Origin: Octopus sinensis
Taxonomy: Eukaryota
Assembly: GCF_006345805.1 (NCBI RefSeq)
Contig: NC_043000.1
Coordinates: 159,278,001 to 159,342,000, forward strand
Direction of reading: 5' to 3'
DNA: 64,000 nucleotides
Positions 39,126 through 52,856 of the stretch are shown piece after piece. A model generated the notes under the pieces. It saw only the letters and a program-made list of their open reading frames with translations. It did no database searches and was not told where the DNA came from. Made by a program: the position numbers and the translations under genes. Position 1 is the first letter of the stretch. Each line of letters starts with the position of its first letter.

Positions 39126-41123
39126 ACACGAAGAGATTTCAGTTCAAGCAAAATTTTTCAACAATTTCTTCAAAAAGATTTCAGTATAAACTTTCGGAAA
39201 ATATGCTCATAAAGAAACAAAAAATATTCCGTGAATCTTCTCAGCTGCAAAAGCCTTTGTATCAATGATGGAAGTTTTTTCTTACCTTCCTAAACACACT
39301 GGTAGGAATAAAATGACCTGTTAATTTTCATCTCTGTTCATATATATATACCTGTGTGTGTTACCAATACCATAAATCTCTCTATCTTTCTCTATCTCCC
39401 TTTCTCCTCTCTCTCTCTTTCTTTGCTGATGCTACCCCTTACTTCCACTCCATCTCAACCCATTTTGCACCATTCGATTCTTTCACCCCCCCCCCCCAAT
39501 GCCATTTATTGCCCTATCAACACTCTGCGCACCACATTTTTCTTATGTACCTAGATTTTTTTTGTCACCAGAGATAAAAGAGTCAATACTACCCGCACAC
39601 ATATACCTGTCTCCAGTTTATTTCTCCATAGGGAATTAAGATGGCATTGCTTTCAGTACTAACCAGTTCTATACTACATACAAGCACACACACACGCAAG
39701 CACGCACATGCACACATACACACACATATATGCGTTTGTAATTACCTACAATGTCTTCACATACCACTAAATAAGAGGAAATAATCTATTCCCTCTTTAG
39801 TGACAACAGATCTTACGAATAAGATGAAAATGACCTGTTGTCACTAAAGTGTTCAAAATTTGATAAAATTGTCAACAGAAGGGATGTAAGGAATTTTTTT
39901 TTTAATAACACATTCTTGAATTGCCCCCTTTCTCTATTGGTATACTGAACATTGTGTACAAAAGGTATGAAAATTCAGCATAACTCTATGCATGCCGCAC
40001 CAAATATTACCATACCCCACCTGTGGGACATGTGGCCCACGTTGAGAATCATGGGTCTAGACCCTTCTCCTTTTAAGTCTTGTGTATATATTAGGAAGAA
40101 TTATGCAATATATATCCCAACATCACTCTATCGACCAGACTATGGGATGTTGTTATGCATCGCTGTTCACAGTGCACTTCCTTGCCTTGTTGTAGCTACC
40201 AAATGATGCCACCCTGCAGGCTAGGCAGACAAGCCAGCATTCTCTTTGAATGCAACACCAGTCTGTTGCAGGGTTACCCATTTAACTTTAAGTGACTGAG
40301 CAATGTGAAATGAAACGTTTTGCTCAAGAACACAATACACAGCTGATATGGGAATTGAAACAGTCTTGCAATAATGACTACAAGATCCTAACCGCTAGGT
40401 GGAAGGAACTCACTCACTCACAAAGAAGAAAAATATATCAAATATAAATCCCAGATTTATTGAAATCATCTTTCTTTGAAGAGAAGAATAAATAGCTTTG
40501 GCAATTGTGGCTAACTCCAAAAGTGAGGAGGAAAAATAACATTAAGAATCAAGAATTTCTCAGAAGCTGTCATGCGATTAAGGAAAAGACAGTCCGATTC
40601 TTTGGGGTAAAGGGTAAGCCTGCGGACACATACTGTTACTTTTGCAGCAACATGAGTCCAGCAGTCGCAATACTTAGGCATACATAAAAAGAATGGAAAA
40701 TATTTTTGACCAAGAGTAAATTGTATAATTTAAAAAAAATAAATTTAGGAACAATAATTGAAATTCAATCTAATTTACACGCATTTCAATCTCAGTAATA
40801 ATCTACTTCATTTTTAGTAATGAATACATTTTAAATTTATCAGTTTTGAAGTGGAAGAAAAAAGAAGTCTGAAAGAAAGGTAACATATTTGAAGGCATAA
40901 AAGACACAAGGGCATTTCAGAAACATTCCAATTTCAGCAAACCATATTCCAGGGAAAGACATTTTTAGTCAAACAAACAAGTAATATACGTCAACTTCTT
41001 ATATAGAACCAGAGTTATATTTTAAGACATTATTTTCATAAACCAGTACAGCTCTTATACCTTGAAATACAGTTAACTGAATCTTAGTTTCTATTTTCAA
41101 AGAGAAGTGTTTGGCAGACTTAC

Positions 41124-41368
41124 CGAACTTTGACACCATTGAACATGCCTGTGTTTATATAGAAAGGGCAGACCACTGTTGTGTGAACACCATCTTTGCC
41201 TAATACTTCAAGTTCGAATCGAAGACTCTCTTCAAATCCTACCACTGCAAACTTGCTGGCACAATAATCAGTAAGGCTATTGACACCAAGGAGACCCGCT
41301 GCACTCGCTACAGTTACAACATGTCCATGGTTTTCTTTGATCATGGCTGGTAGAAATGCTTTCACAGT
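41124..41368 (-). CDS. SDR16C5-like: SDR catalytic exon (TVKAFLPAM...DYCASKF...GVKVR)
   Basis: Acceptor tttcag|ACT, donor CG|gtaagt; 245 nt, phase 0 to 2; YxxxK and catalytic Ser. Confidence 0.97.
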
Positions 41369-44300
41369 CTGAAAATGGCAAAGAATTGATTAAAGTAAAG
41401 TTTATATATGAATGACAAACTGAATGAGGCAACTTATAACAAAGGTAATGATGATGAAACTTGCTTTACTAAGTACATGTATATAGCCATGGGCATAACT
41501 GCTGTGTATGTGATAGAGAAGTTTGTTTTATACCCATGGGGCTTCAGGCTTAGAGCCTACTGCATGACACCTTGAGTGAGTTTTGTACTAAAGTACCAGG
41601 TCAACCAATGCCTTACAAGATATGTACGGCAGCCAAAAACTGTACAGAAGTGTGTGTGTGTGTCAGTGTCTTTGTTTGTCTTTATATGATTATGTTTATG
41701 TTCATTTATGCTATTCAGTCTAGTGGTTCAACAAATAGGATTTGATAAAATAAGAACATGATCCAAATATGAAAACAGGTACAGAAGCTACTACAGTTAA
41801 CTAAGTCATCGAACATGGTGCCTCAACATGGCCATAGTTGATAGACTTAAACTTGCAAAAGAATAAAAAATGTAAAAAAAAAAATATGGTCATTTTGAGG
41901 CAATATTACACAAAATTTAATGAGAAAACTAACATGTCTATGGGCTTTCAAGCCAAACCTGTATGTTAAACAATACTAAGCAATTTCTCTGTACAATATG
42001 TGTGCAAACAGAAAAAAAATGTAACAGCTGAGTTGAAACAAATATATAATTGTTTTCTGTTTTGCAATCCACAAGCATATGCAAATTGATTGTTTACAAC
42101 TATTGTAGCATCAATTAGCCATTTAAAAACACACAAAGACTGCTAACTTCATTTGATTATTTATTATACTTTGTGTGTTTTTTGAATGATTAATATGTCT
42201 TCCATGCTGCAATCATAGATCCAGAATTGCTTACAATCTTTGTAACACTGTATTACAATGTTTATAATACAGACTATTACCCACTAGGTGTGTTCTATAA
42301 TATAGTAATGACACAACATCAGTAATTTAATGTTCGATCTCAACACCAAGAAAGTATTAGATATGTAAATTGGTCTGTCCAGTTTACTTACTTTAACTAC
42401 AAAATATTAGTGACTTTATAAGCAATGCGCTTGTAGATAAGTCAAGGTGGTACATAGCTATTAACAATGACGCCAACAGGAGTCGGTAGTACACAGATAA
42501 TGATGATGATGACTCTGACAAGAGCCACAACATATGTAAGACTATTTCCACTTTCTTCTGTCTGCACATATATTGTACAGATGAATTGGTTAGAATTGTT
42601 GAACAGGTTAAAAAAGAAAAAAAAAACAAAAGAAAGCAATAGATATGCTCAACAGTATATTGTAGCAACAAACCAAAACATTAATTTAACATGTTTGAAT
42701 CCTATTAGTAATCATAATAACATACATGTGAGAATTTAAATAAATATCAGGCAAGTCAGTGTGGGAGGATTCATGCAATTTTACAACACTGTTGTTAATA
42801 TAACCTTATGTAACAACAGTAATAGCAACATCACTGTAAAATTGCATTCAATACCTCAAGAGCTTGGAGAAGCATGAATCCTCCTAATGAAGGTTTTATC
42901 AGTCTTTGCTTGATTTTCAAGAAATAGCAGTTAAGTTTTGCCTCAAAACAAAACCTACCATTGTGACAAGTGAAGGACTCTGAGAATAATGTAATGCTAG
43001 ATATAATGGTCCCAATAAAAGTAAGAAAGTAATGGTTGGAGAGTCCTTCAAAATATTTCTGCTCAAGCAAAGTTTGGTTTAGATCTAAATACAAACAATA
43101 GAAATGAGTTGTGCCTTTCCTGTGGTTCTTTCTTATAATCAAGTGAACAACATTATGTGGTAAATCTTACAGATACATGGAAGTGCTGCTGATGAGGTGT
43201 GGCCTGAAAATCTTTAACAGCCCTGAATGTAGAATGTGTATCATATATATATTCAGTGAACAAGCAACAGTGGTAGTCAATATGTACTGGTTTAACCAGC
43301 TAGAAATAGCAGTCAAATTTCAACTGAAATCTCACTGGACTGTTTTAGAAAAAGGAAGAGATGATGTAGTTCTTGATATACTAGATTTAAAAGTACAAGA
43401 TGTGAGGGTCATAACTTCAATGTCTTTTATGCCAGGGGTCAACTGAACCAAGACTGAGAGATTTATAATTACAATTTAGAATTAATATGCTACAACAAGT
43501 ATAAACACCTAAGGGTGTGACTAAATACTGCAAACAAATTTTTTTCCGACACGTCGCTGTTTTTACCGTCCACTGACCTACATTTCACAAAGGACAAACC
43601 AGCTGTTCATTCTTCCAGAGTTAATAAAACTAATACCAACTAGTTAAGTACTATGGTCAATTTAACAAATTATAGTGCCTCATACCACATTATAATTTGA
43701 GTTTATGATATAAATCAATATGTTTACACATACTAAAATTATTTTAGTACTTGTATATGCTAGTATATGCTAGTTGGGAAATTATAACATTAGCCAAGTG
43801 TATAAACACAAGTTCAAACTTTACTGGAACTTCAACTGATTTTTTCATGCATTTTTTTTGTTCTATTAAAAAATACTTACTATCCTTATTTTTCATGAAG
43901 TTACATGATAATAGAGCTTAATTTATTAATTATTCAAAGTAGAACAGATAATGGTGCATGCTGACAACATATAAAGTGGGGATAGATATATGTTGGCAGC
44001 TAGGTATTATATTTGAATGTATTGCCTAAGGCAGTGCTTTACAAAACTGTTCTGTAACACGACAGATAAACAATTTTTAAAAATGTGCCTTTCATTAGCA
44101 TTGTTGAAAAGGGATATCGTAACTTTTAGTATAAAAATAAAAGTTCTTTTAAGTATATAGGTTAGGAACATAAGATAACCAAGAAAAAGACACAAAATGT
44201 GACAGTAGTTTAATCTAGAAATTAAAGGCAGATATAAATATTTTCCTTATACTCTCTAAATATTAGAATAGCTCCCAAAATTAACAACCTATATTGGTGC

Positions 44301-44673
44301 TGTATACCACTGATTATACACAAATATAGAGATACTGAAATGTGAGGAACAGTTCCAGATACATAATTATTAACATCAGCTTAACTCTGATTAGGCAGAT
44401 CTGTCTGCTGCTAGTCTCTTTTATTGAGACAAAATACACCCAAGATTCTTCAACGTAACAATTCATTTTTGAAGATAATAGGATACGACTTGAAACAGAT
44501 TTGTGTTAAAAAGCAAGTCAGGCAACTTCAGAGAGGTTCCCAAGTAGGCATGCATAATATATAGAAGTGTATTGAGAAACATGTACAACTCATCCATAAA
44601 ACAAGACAGAAAAACAATAAAAAAAAAAAGATACCATTATCAACAACAATTCAGTAATGTAGATACTACCTAC

Positions 44674-44805
44674 CCAGAAGTGTGCCATTGTATTGACATC
44701 AATAGTCTTTTCTATCAATTCATCAGGACACTCCAAAAATTTTCGACCAGTCACAATGCCAGCATTGTTTATTAGTATATGAACCATTCCAATATCTTCG
44801 TTCAC
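44674..44805 (-). CDS. SDR16C5-like: SDR coding exon ([20 protein letters not shown]...AHFW)
   Basis: Acceptor ttttgtcag|GTG, donor TGG|gtaggt; 132 nt, phase 0 to 0; NNAG motif. Confidence 0.96.
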
Positions 44806-45281
44806 CTGACAAAATAATGAAGAAAAGAATTAATCTTCAGCATGTCAAAGCCTTATCCATAAGTCACATAAATAACAATCTGGAAATTGATTCTAGAGAT
44901 TTGCCCTTCATCTCAGAAAAGATAAGAAAGTGATAGACATAGGTTCGTAGCTTATTATATGAAGCAATCTAGAATCCAAGGGATCTTGTCTTTGTCACCA
45001 GCAATATGCTTAAAAGAGAGTACATATAACCTGCAATTAACTAAATATATTTTGATATTATTAATAAGGGACACATTAAAGACAATGTACTTGGAAACAC
45101 ATTATGGTGGGCTATGGATGACGTCATCAGATGGTAAGACTTGGGTTTCTGTGCAATCTTTCTTCAGTATTTGCTGCTGGAGGAGGAGGAGGGAGAGAAA
45201 ACTCAAACCATACATCATGATCTGAATATACATTTGTTTGCTCATTTACTTTCATGACTGGCAGAAGCCTGAAACAATAAC

Positions 45282-45679
45282 TATTTCTTTACTACCCACA
45301 AGGGGCTAAACACAGAGGGGACAAACAAGGACAGACGGACGGATTAAGTCGAATCCCAGTGCATAACTGGTACTTATTTAATCGACCTCAAAAGGATGAA
45401 AGGCAAAGTCGACCTCGGCGGAATTTGAACTCAGAACGTAGCGGCAGACGAAATACCTATTTCTTTACTACCCACAAGGGGCTAAACACAGAGGGGACAA
45501 ACAAGGACAGACAGACGGATTAAGTCGATTACATCGACTCCAGTGCGTAACTGGTACTTAATTTATCGGCTCCGAAAGGATGAAAGGCAAAGTCGACCTC
45601 GGCGGAATTTGAACTCAGAACGCAGCGGCGGACGAAACACCGCAAAGCATTTCGTCCGGTGTGCTAACGTTTCTGCCAG
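45282..45679 (-). mobile_element. SINE family B, partial tandem dimer (about 1.7 units)
   Basis: The 175-bp 3' portion is directly repeated; junction GAAATACC|TATTTC at 45457/45458. Confidence 0.9.
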
Positions 45680-46049
45680 TCTTGATCAAACCGGAAAAAC
45701 TCTCTCCCTCTAACTTTTCAACCCACATACATTCCTCCTGTCTTTCCCTATTCCTCATTGCTTTTAACACAACCAGATATTCAGTCTACCTGCACTACAA
45801 CTAACTTTCATTCACATTACTCTGTGTGTACCAAATGAATAACCAGCAAAAGCGCTACATTAAGTAAGGAAGAACCAAAACAAACCACGGTCAGATGACA
45901 GTAAGCATGCTTTTCCTTGCCCTGTAAAATTAACGGATCCCACTACTTATGAATGTAAGTGCAATGCAAGACTTAAAGCTCACATCATGCAGCTTGATGG
46001 AAACCAATAGTGAAGTGGATTGAATCATGATAGTCGATTTGTTTCGTTT

Positions 46050-46279
46050 AAGGCGGTGAGCTGGCAGAAACGTTAGCACGCCGGGCGAAATGCGTAGTCG
46101 TATTTCGTCTGCCGTTACGTTCTGAGTTCAAATTCCACCGAGGTCGACTTTGCCTTTCATCCTTTCGGGGTCAATAAATGAAGTACCAGTTACACACTGG
46201 GGTCGATGTAATCGACTTAATCCGTTTGTGTGTCCTTGTTTGTCCCCTCTGCGTTTAGCCCCTTGTGGGCAATAAAGAA
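46050..46279 (+). mobile_element. SINE family B (young) with 20-bp TSD
   Basis: TSD ATAGTCGATTTGTTTCGTTT at 46030-46049 and 46280-46299. Confidence 0.92.
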
Positions 46280-46830
46280 ATAGTCGATTTGTTTCGTTTT
46301 TCTGTTTCGATTTGGCAATTGTAATGTATAATACCATCATCATCATCAGCAGTATTAGTAGTAGTAGTAGCAGTAACTGTGGTGATAGTGGTGGTAGTGA
46401 CGATACTGCACTGTTCATTATTGTAATTAAATGACATAAATATTAAATCATCTATGTCAATTCTTTTCATGGGTTAGTCATGAAATGATTGACGGTATCC
46501 ATGAATCCAGCCCTAGACGACTGATATTGATGTGAATAATGTTATGTCAGAACTATATTTGTAACAAATAGGCTAGTGGAGTGAGTCATATAATTTTTAA
46601 TATAATAAATAATTAGTGACAGACGCAGTATTAATATACCGAAAGGCGATCTTAATATCCAACTTAACGTGCATGTTTTGTTACTATTAGGTGTTCTAAT
46701 AAGACAGTCACGTTCAGTTGAATACAAAGATTGCCTTTTTGGAATTAATACTGTTTCTAACACTAATTATTTTATTATTAGCCTGCTGGCTATTTGTGAC
46801 ATCAGTGTCTGACAAGTCACTGTAATTCTA

Positions 46831-46938
46831 TATATCGTTGGTGGTGAGATTTGGCTGAAGAGACACAGTTTCGTTGAGATTACGTGATCTGACAGTCCCG
46901 GCACCTATACCAGATGATTCTCAGCTGCCAACGATATA
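46831..46938. repeat. Small inverted repeat (about 19-bp arms)
   Basis: TATATCGTTGGTGGTGAGA / TCTCAGCTGCCAACGATATA. Confidence 0.45.
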
Positions 46939-47077
46939 AACGTGCGTCTTTATGCACCATATGTCCTCAAGAGAAGGCCTTTCAAGGTGAACACTACAGG
47001 GTTCGACATTCTAACATAACATCCATGTTAAGTTGGATATAAAGGTTGTCTAATAACAAAGTTTTGGGAATGGTTTA

Positions 47078-47573
47078 CCGTAAATCCTCGAGTATAATCC
47101 GCATTTTTCCCCCAGAATTTAAAGGTCAAAATCCCCAGTGCGTACTATATACGAGGTTAAAAACGAAAATTATTTTCTAAGCAATGTCCGAGTCTCTATT
47201 TTCTGTCCGGCAATGTTTATTCAGACGCATTTTGTGATGTCGGGTGCGAAAATACCTTAAGATAAGCCTGAAAACAATGAAGTCATAAAGGGATCATCCA
47301 TAACTTGCAGTAAGCAACATTACTGTTATTTCTTTATTTTCTGCAAACAAAATGCACAAATAAAGCTACACATTTGCATTATGCTATATATACAATATCA
47401 AAGGGCGTTACCGTATACATTTTTACAAACCAAGGATGTTATATAGACCTCCTTGACTCAAGTTAGAGACGGGGTGCGTATTATATACAAGGTTTAGGTT
47501 TTTCAGAGTTACATCTCCCTAAAAATCCCCTGCATATTATACTCAAGCGCGGACTATACTTGAGGATTTACAG
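47078..47573. mobile_element. Tc2-like MITE, copy 2
   Basis: Same TIRs, TA flanks and internal sequence as copy 1. Confidence 0.9.
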
Positions 47574-49549
47574 TATTTAAATCCTTGTAGCCTGGAGATT
47601 AACTAATTGTTGTTGTTACTGTTGTTGTTTAGCCTAGGACCAGCCTTTAATCACCTAAAAGGATACACAATCAAAGATCTAACCAGGGCACTCAATGAAA
47701 TATTTTGATTTAGTTAAGTTAGGTTAAGTTAATTTTTTGGCTCAAAAAGCAAAAAGCAAGGCCATGTAGGGGGACATGGAGTTACGTAAAGGGGTGTTCA
47801 TGCAAAGAGTTCAGGCCATTTCTGGTCACGAGAGACTTTGATGCGAGCGGTCGTCGGCATCTCTAGAGAGCATCTTCTTTATACAATGGTCTTCCATTTT
47901 TTTTTTTGTGAATTTGTTAGGATACAATTTGACTGAAATTTGGTTGCTATTACTAGCAGTTCAAGAGAAGAGACAAGGTATTTCTCCTCAGGTGTGCTAT
48001 TGTTGGCCATCTGGACATACAAGTCATTAATCCTGTTGTAATGAGATTTTAAATGAAATCTTAATTACAATAAGTAACTTTAGCATAGCTGTCATGTATA
48101 GGCCGGTATTAAAAGAGATAAATACAAAACCCACCTAGTAGTCAATACTGTGAAATCATTCAAATGGTTTCTCAAACATAAAGCGACATTTTGTAGTGTT
48201 GTGTTTTAATAAATTAATTCAGAATTGCAAAAAAAACTTAGGATCCTAGAAAACACGTATCTGTCAAGGTAGGAAATTAATGAACAGTTCAGAGTGTAAT
48301 AATTTAGTATAGAGCTAGAAAGGGGAACAATCTAATGTTTTGTGCAGCAACCTTCATCTAAGGGTGATGATTCAACTTTCAGATATTAATGGTACTTATT
48401 TTATTGCCTATAAAAGACAAAAATGTAAACTCAGAACAGTTGGGGGCTGATCTCCTGTATACATTTAAAAATAGAAATAGTAAAACCAGTGTTTTGCCTC
48501 TAGAAATAGCAAAATAGCAAAACCAGTGTTTCGCCTCTACATAAACTAATGAAGAAAAGAACAGAAAAATATGTTCATCATGAGACCAATATCTTCGTTG
48601 GAAAACTGATATTTGAGAAGAAAAGATGTAATACGTTTTTCCATGCATGCATTGCAAAATGCATGCGAGAAGATAGACTATTAATGCTGGATTAGATTGC
48701 CTTGACTCTCAGCCTTTCCTTTAAAATCTGGCTTACACTGCTTAGTCAAAAGAAATTAATACATCAAGAAAACTAATTACGAGACCCGTTTTAAAATAAT
48801 CCCTTCGCAATTTAGTTAACTGTTTTAGGGTACACTTGTAGCATTGTATTTCACCAAAACACATAATGTAAAGGTATGTTTATATATACACAGGCACATT
48901 CCACCAGTTAATGTCTTTATATCTATTTACATATGACTATCTGTGCACACGTGGACACACAAACACACACACCATATTTACTCCTTTATAAGCTGAAGAA
49001 GGCGCACTATTTTATACTTGATTGTAATTGAAAAACAAATGGGGTTTGCCATATGTACAGAGTAAAGCGAAAACTGAAGGGAAAATGTTGTTACCAAGAT
49101 TTAATACTAAATCAATTCAATTTAAACATGAGTAAATACAGAATACACACACACAGGTAGGTATGTATATAGGTAGGTTGGTAAGTATGTATCTATGTAT
49201 CATCGTCATTATCCTAGTCAATAAGTAACGTCTGTTTCCATGGAGACATGAGTTGGACGGTTTAAGAGGAATGCACGGGGCTCCAAAGTCTGCTTTGGCA
49301 TGGTCACCAGGGCTGAATGTTCTTTTCAATGGCAATCACATTACAGAGTATACTGGGTGCTTTATACATGGCCCTGGCACTAGTGTGGTCACCAAGCAAC
49401 TTGCAAGACTAGACCTCTCAACTGAGTGGGGGACTAGTATTGAGGAAGGTGGCTTTGCGTCAGGTGATGAGCGATTACGGGAACTAATTTAAAAGAATGT
49501 AATTACATTACTTTATAGATACACTTTCAAATACATGTATTCAACAAAG

Positions 49550-49916
49550 TGGAGGCGCAATGGCCCAGTGGTTAGGGCAGCGGACTCGCGGTTTCGATTC
49601 CCAGACCGGGCATTGTGAGTGCTTATTGAGCGAAAACACCTAAAAGCTCCACGAGGCTCCGGCAGGGGGTGGTGGTGAACCCTGCTGTACTCTTTCACCA
49701 CAACTTTCTCTCGCTCTTTCTTCCTGTTTCTCTTGTACCTGTATTTCAAAGGGCCAGCCTTGTCACACTCTGTGTCACGCTGAATCTCCTCGAGAACTAC
49801 GTTAAGGGTACACGTGTCTGTGGAGTGCTCAGCCACTTGCACGTTAATATCACGAGCAAGCTGTTCCGTTGATCGTATCAGCTGGGACCCTCATCGTCGC
49901 AACCGACGGAGTGCTC
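49550..49916 (+). mobile_element. tRNA-derived SINE family D
   Basis: A-box TGGCCCAGTGG, B-box GGTTTCGATTCCC; head and body shared with the element at 62270. Confidence 0.8.
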
Positions 49917-49950
49917 CTATACTATATTCAACAAAATCAACACATATACA

Positions 49951-50075
49951 CGAGGGAGTGAAAATTTCCTGGATTTGGGTAAAAGACAACACATATTCCC
50001 CTCTCAGATTCATACACTTTATGCAATGGTCCTTGAGTTTCGCGATATCCTTAAAGCCAAGAACTCTTTGTATAT
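49951..50075. mobile_element. Possible mariner terminal remnant
   Basis: CACGAGGGAGTGAAAATTTCC resembles mariner TACGAGGG....AAAAGT termini; single end only. Confidence 0.3.
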
Positions 50076-50955
50076 ATATTCTTTCAGATTTTCTGTAGAG
50101 GTTTTACTCCTTAAACTTTCTTAATAATCTTTAAATGCAATGACCCGATGTTGCACAGGCATGGTTTGTACAGGGACAATTCCTGCCTCTTGTCCTTTAA
50201 ACTGATATTGGTCTGGTGCATCAAGTACCACGAGACCAGAGGTTATGAAGATGCAGGACTTGTATGGAGTTAACTTCTTTTAGAAGAGTAATTAAGGGAG
50301 CTGCGCTGGGTCCATTGTGAACTGTGTGATCGACCTTCTTTAAGAGGCAATTCCGAGATAATTCCGATGCTAACTAGTTAGCACGTAGCTGGGCCCCTGA
50401 TAGGTACTGCTACCCCAGGTAGACCAGGCAACAATAAGGACTAAGGGGTGCTTCCATATTCCTCAAAATCCCGGAACTCATGAATTAGTCTCATTGCTAG
50501 ATGCAGAATATACATGTACACACACACACTGCATACAGTAAAACCTCACTTTAGGAGGATCATCTTTACGAGATCCCGGATTTACGAGTTTTATTTTATA
50601 ATAAAAATAAAAAAGGTTAAACAGCCATTTTGTGTGTGTGTGTGTGTGTGCGTGTGTGGCAACGTCGCAACATGTAGCAACACTGGTTCTGACGCGTCTA
50701 TACAGCTGCATATAACGACGGCATAAAATTCCATTGCAACTATGGGAAATTATTACTCTGCTTTACGAGCGATCTCCGAGAACAAATTAACTCGCATATC
50801 GAGGCATTGCTGTATATGCATACACACGCGTGCACACGTACATGAAAATTGTTGCCTCATACTATTAACCACGTAATTAAACATAAACGCACCAGGCTAC
50901 AAATAGGCTCGTAAGTACCTACACATTTAGGTGCTCAGTATTACCAGCAAAAACA

Positions 50956-51372
50956 GGGGATCTTTTCGGTTTGAACGGCAGTTTTTAAAAATAATTTCCA
51001 CGTAACTAAACACTTTTAAACTTTGTATACTGGTAGAATGTGTTTATAAAACATCTTTTTCTCTTGGCTTTATTGAGAAAATTCTATAGTTTGTAAGATA
51101 TTTGTTGTTGTTTTTTTCTTCAATTTCTGCAATTTCAACCAATCAATGACGTCCATTGAGGTAAAAAAAACATTCTATGTCGTATGAATATGTCCCTCGT
51201 TTAAGAAACAGATTGGGTTTATTTACATTTCTGAAGAAAAAAGATACCCTTCCCTTTAACCCTAACCCTAAAACAGATTGAAATGCAATAGGTCGATACT
51301 AGGGTCATAATTATGGGTGACAATTTCATATGACACCGCTAGAAAAAACTGCCGTTCAAACCGAAAAAATCC
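50956..51372. mobile_element. MITE with (TAACCC)n, copy 2
   Basis: TIR GGATCTTTTCGGTTTGAACGGCAGTTTTT; aligns with copy 1. Confidence 0.85.
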
Positions 51373-51749
51373 AAAATAGGTTTACACATGCATACATACA
51401 GACACATACAAAAGAATAAAAACACATTCATAAAATATGCGCGCACACACACACACGTGATATATTGTTATTGACATCGCCATCGTCACTAGCGTATCTG
51501 TACACCACACACAAGTTGTCTACACGCGCGAACATTGTAAAACTAATGATAAAATGCCGATCGTTGAGGGTATATATACAGACATAAACATACAGAAAAT
51601 AAGGTATGCACACAAGTAAGAAATACCAAAAGACACATACACGCACGCACACAAATATGTAACCACAACCATATCACACTCGCTAATATGTATCCTTGAA
51701 CCACACGCACACACACACAAGTAAGCAGAAATTTGGAACCATATATGAA

Positions 51750-51815
<66 letters not shown>

Positions 51816-52530
51816 CATATATATATGAATGTAATGACATTCATGCAAAGAATATACTGATACACACACAAAATGTATATGGATGCCGCACACATGAAAG
51901 GCTAAGTCCAGTCTTTATCGTAATCGTTGCTACCCCACTTGTGAAAGCAATTGACATACCTATACATTTACATACACACACAAATACAGTGAAACAGCGG
52001 GGACTGACACACACACACACACATCTATAGGTTTAAATACGCAAGCAGCCAGGTTTACAAATATACGTTTAGTTATATGCAAATTAAATGTACAAAGAAG
52101 AAAATATTCTCACATTCATATACGAATGATTAGTCAAGACGGGAGCATCTACGTGGTTGCTTGATCTGCGCGAAATAGCAGCCGTATATACCGCAGAAAA
52201 AACAACAACAAAAACGATACATTGAATAATGTAATCTTGAAAGCAGTGTCTAAAAAAGGAAACGCGAGAATGTTTTACCATTTGAATACGCTTGATCAAA
52301 ATTTTGCTCATCGAAGTTGGCGGTCTCCTTATCCATAGTTAGTTTAACGTCACACCATCTTATACAAGTTGATAATTTCCCGGGTTATTAATCCCGTTTA
52401 AGATAATTATATTTATAAGACTTTTATTGAACTGGTTGAAATGTGATAAACAGAGCTACGTGATGAACATCAGAGTTCATCGAAACGAAGTTTAGATACA
52501 ACTATTGTAAATATACTATAAGATTATTGT

Positions 52531-52856
52531 GAAGGCGCATAGCATGAGCCTACGATCGTGAGGTTGTGAGCTCGAATCTCGGACCGGGCTCCGTGTTGTG
52601 TTCTTTAAGCAAGGCACTTTAACTCACGTTGCTCCAGTTCACTCAGCTGTAGAAATGAGTTGCGACGTCACTAGTGCCAAGCTGTATCGGCCCTTTGCCT
52701 TTCCCTTGGATAACACTAGTGGCGTGGAGAGGGGAAGCCGGTATGCATGGACGACTGCTGGTCTTCCATAATTAATCTTGCCCGGACTTGTGCCTGGGAG
52801 AGTAACTCTCTAGGTGCAATCCCATGGTCTGTGTCGTGACCGAAGGAGGTCTCACA
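52531..52856 (+). mobile_element. SINE family C with 13-bp TSD
   Basis: TSD ATAAGATTATTGT at 52518-52530 and 52857-52869. Confidence 0.88.

Noticed and set aside
48470-48540. About 30-bp tandem duplication AATAG.AAAACCAGTGTTT.GCCTCTA
   Set aside because: Only two units; an ordinary slippage duplication, not a CRISPR-like array
49551-49610. tRNA-like sequences with A/B boxes (also 26589, 52531, 54250, 62270)
   Set aside because: No complete cloverleaf; they are SINE heads
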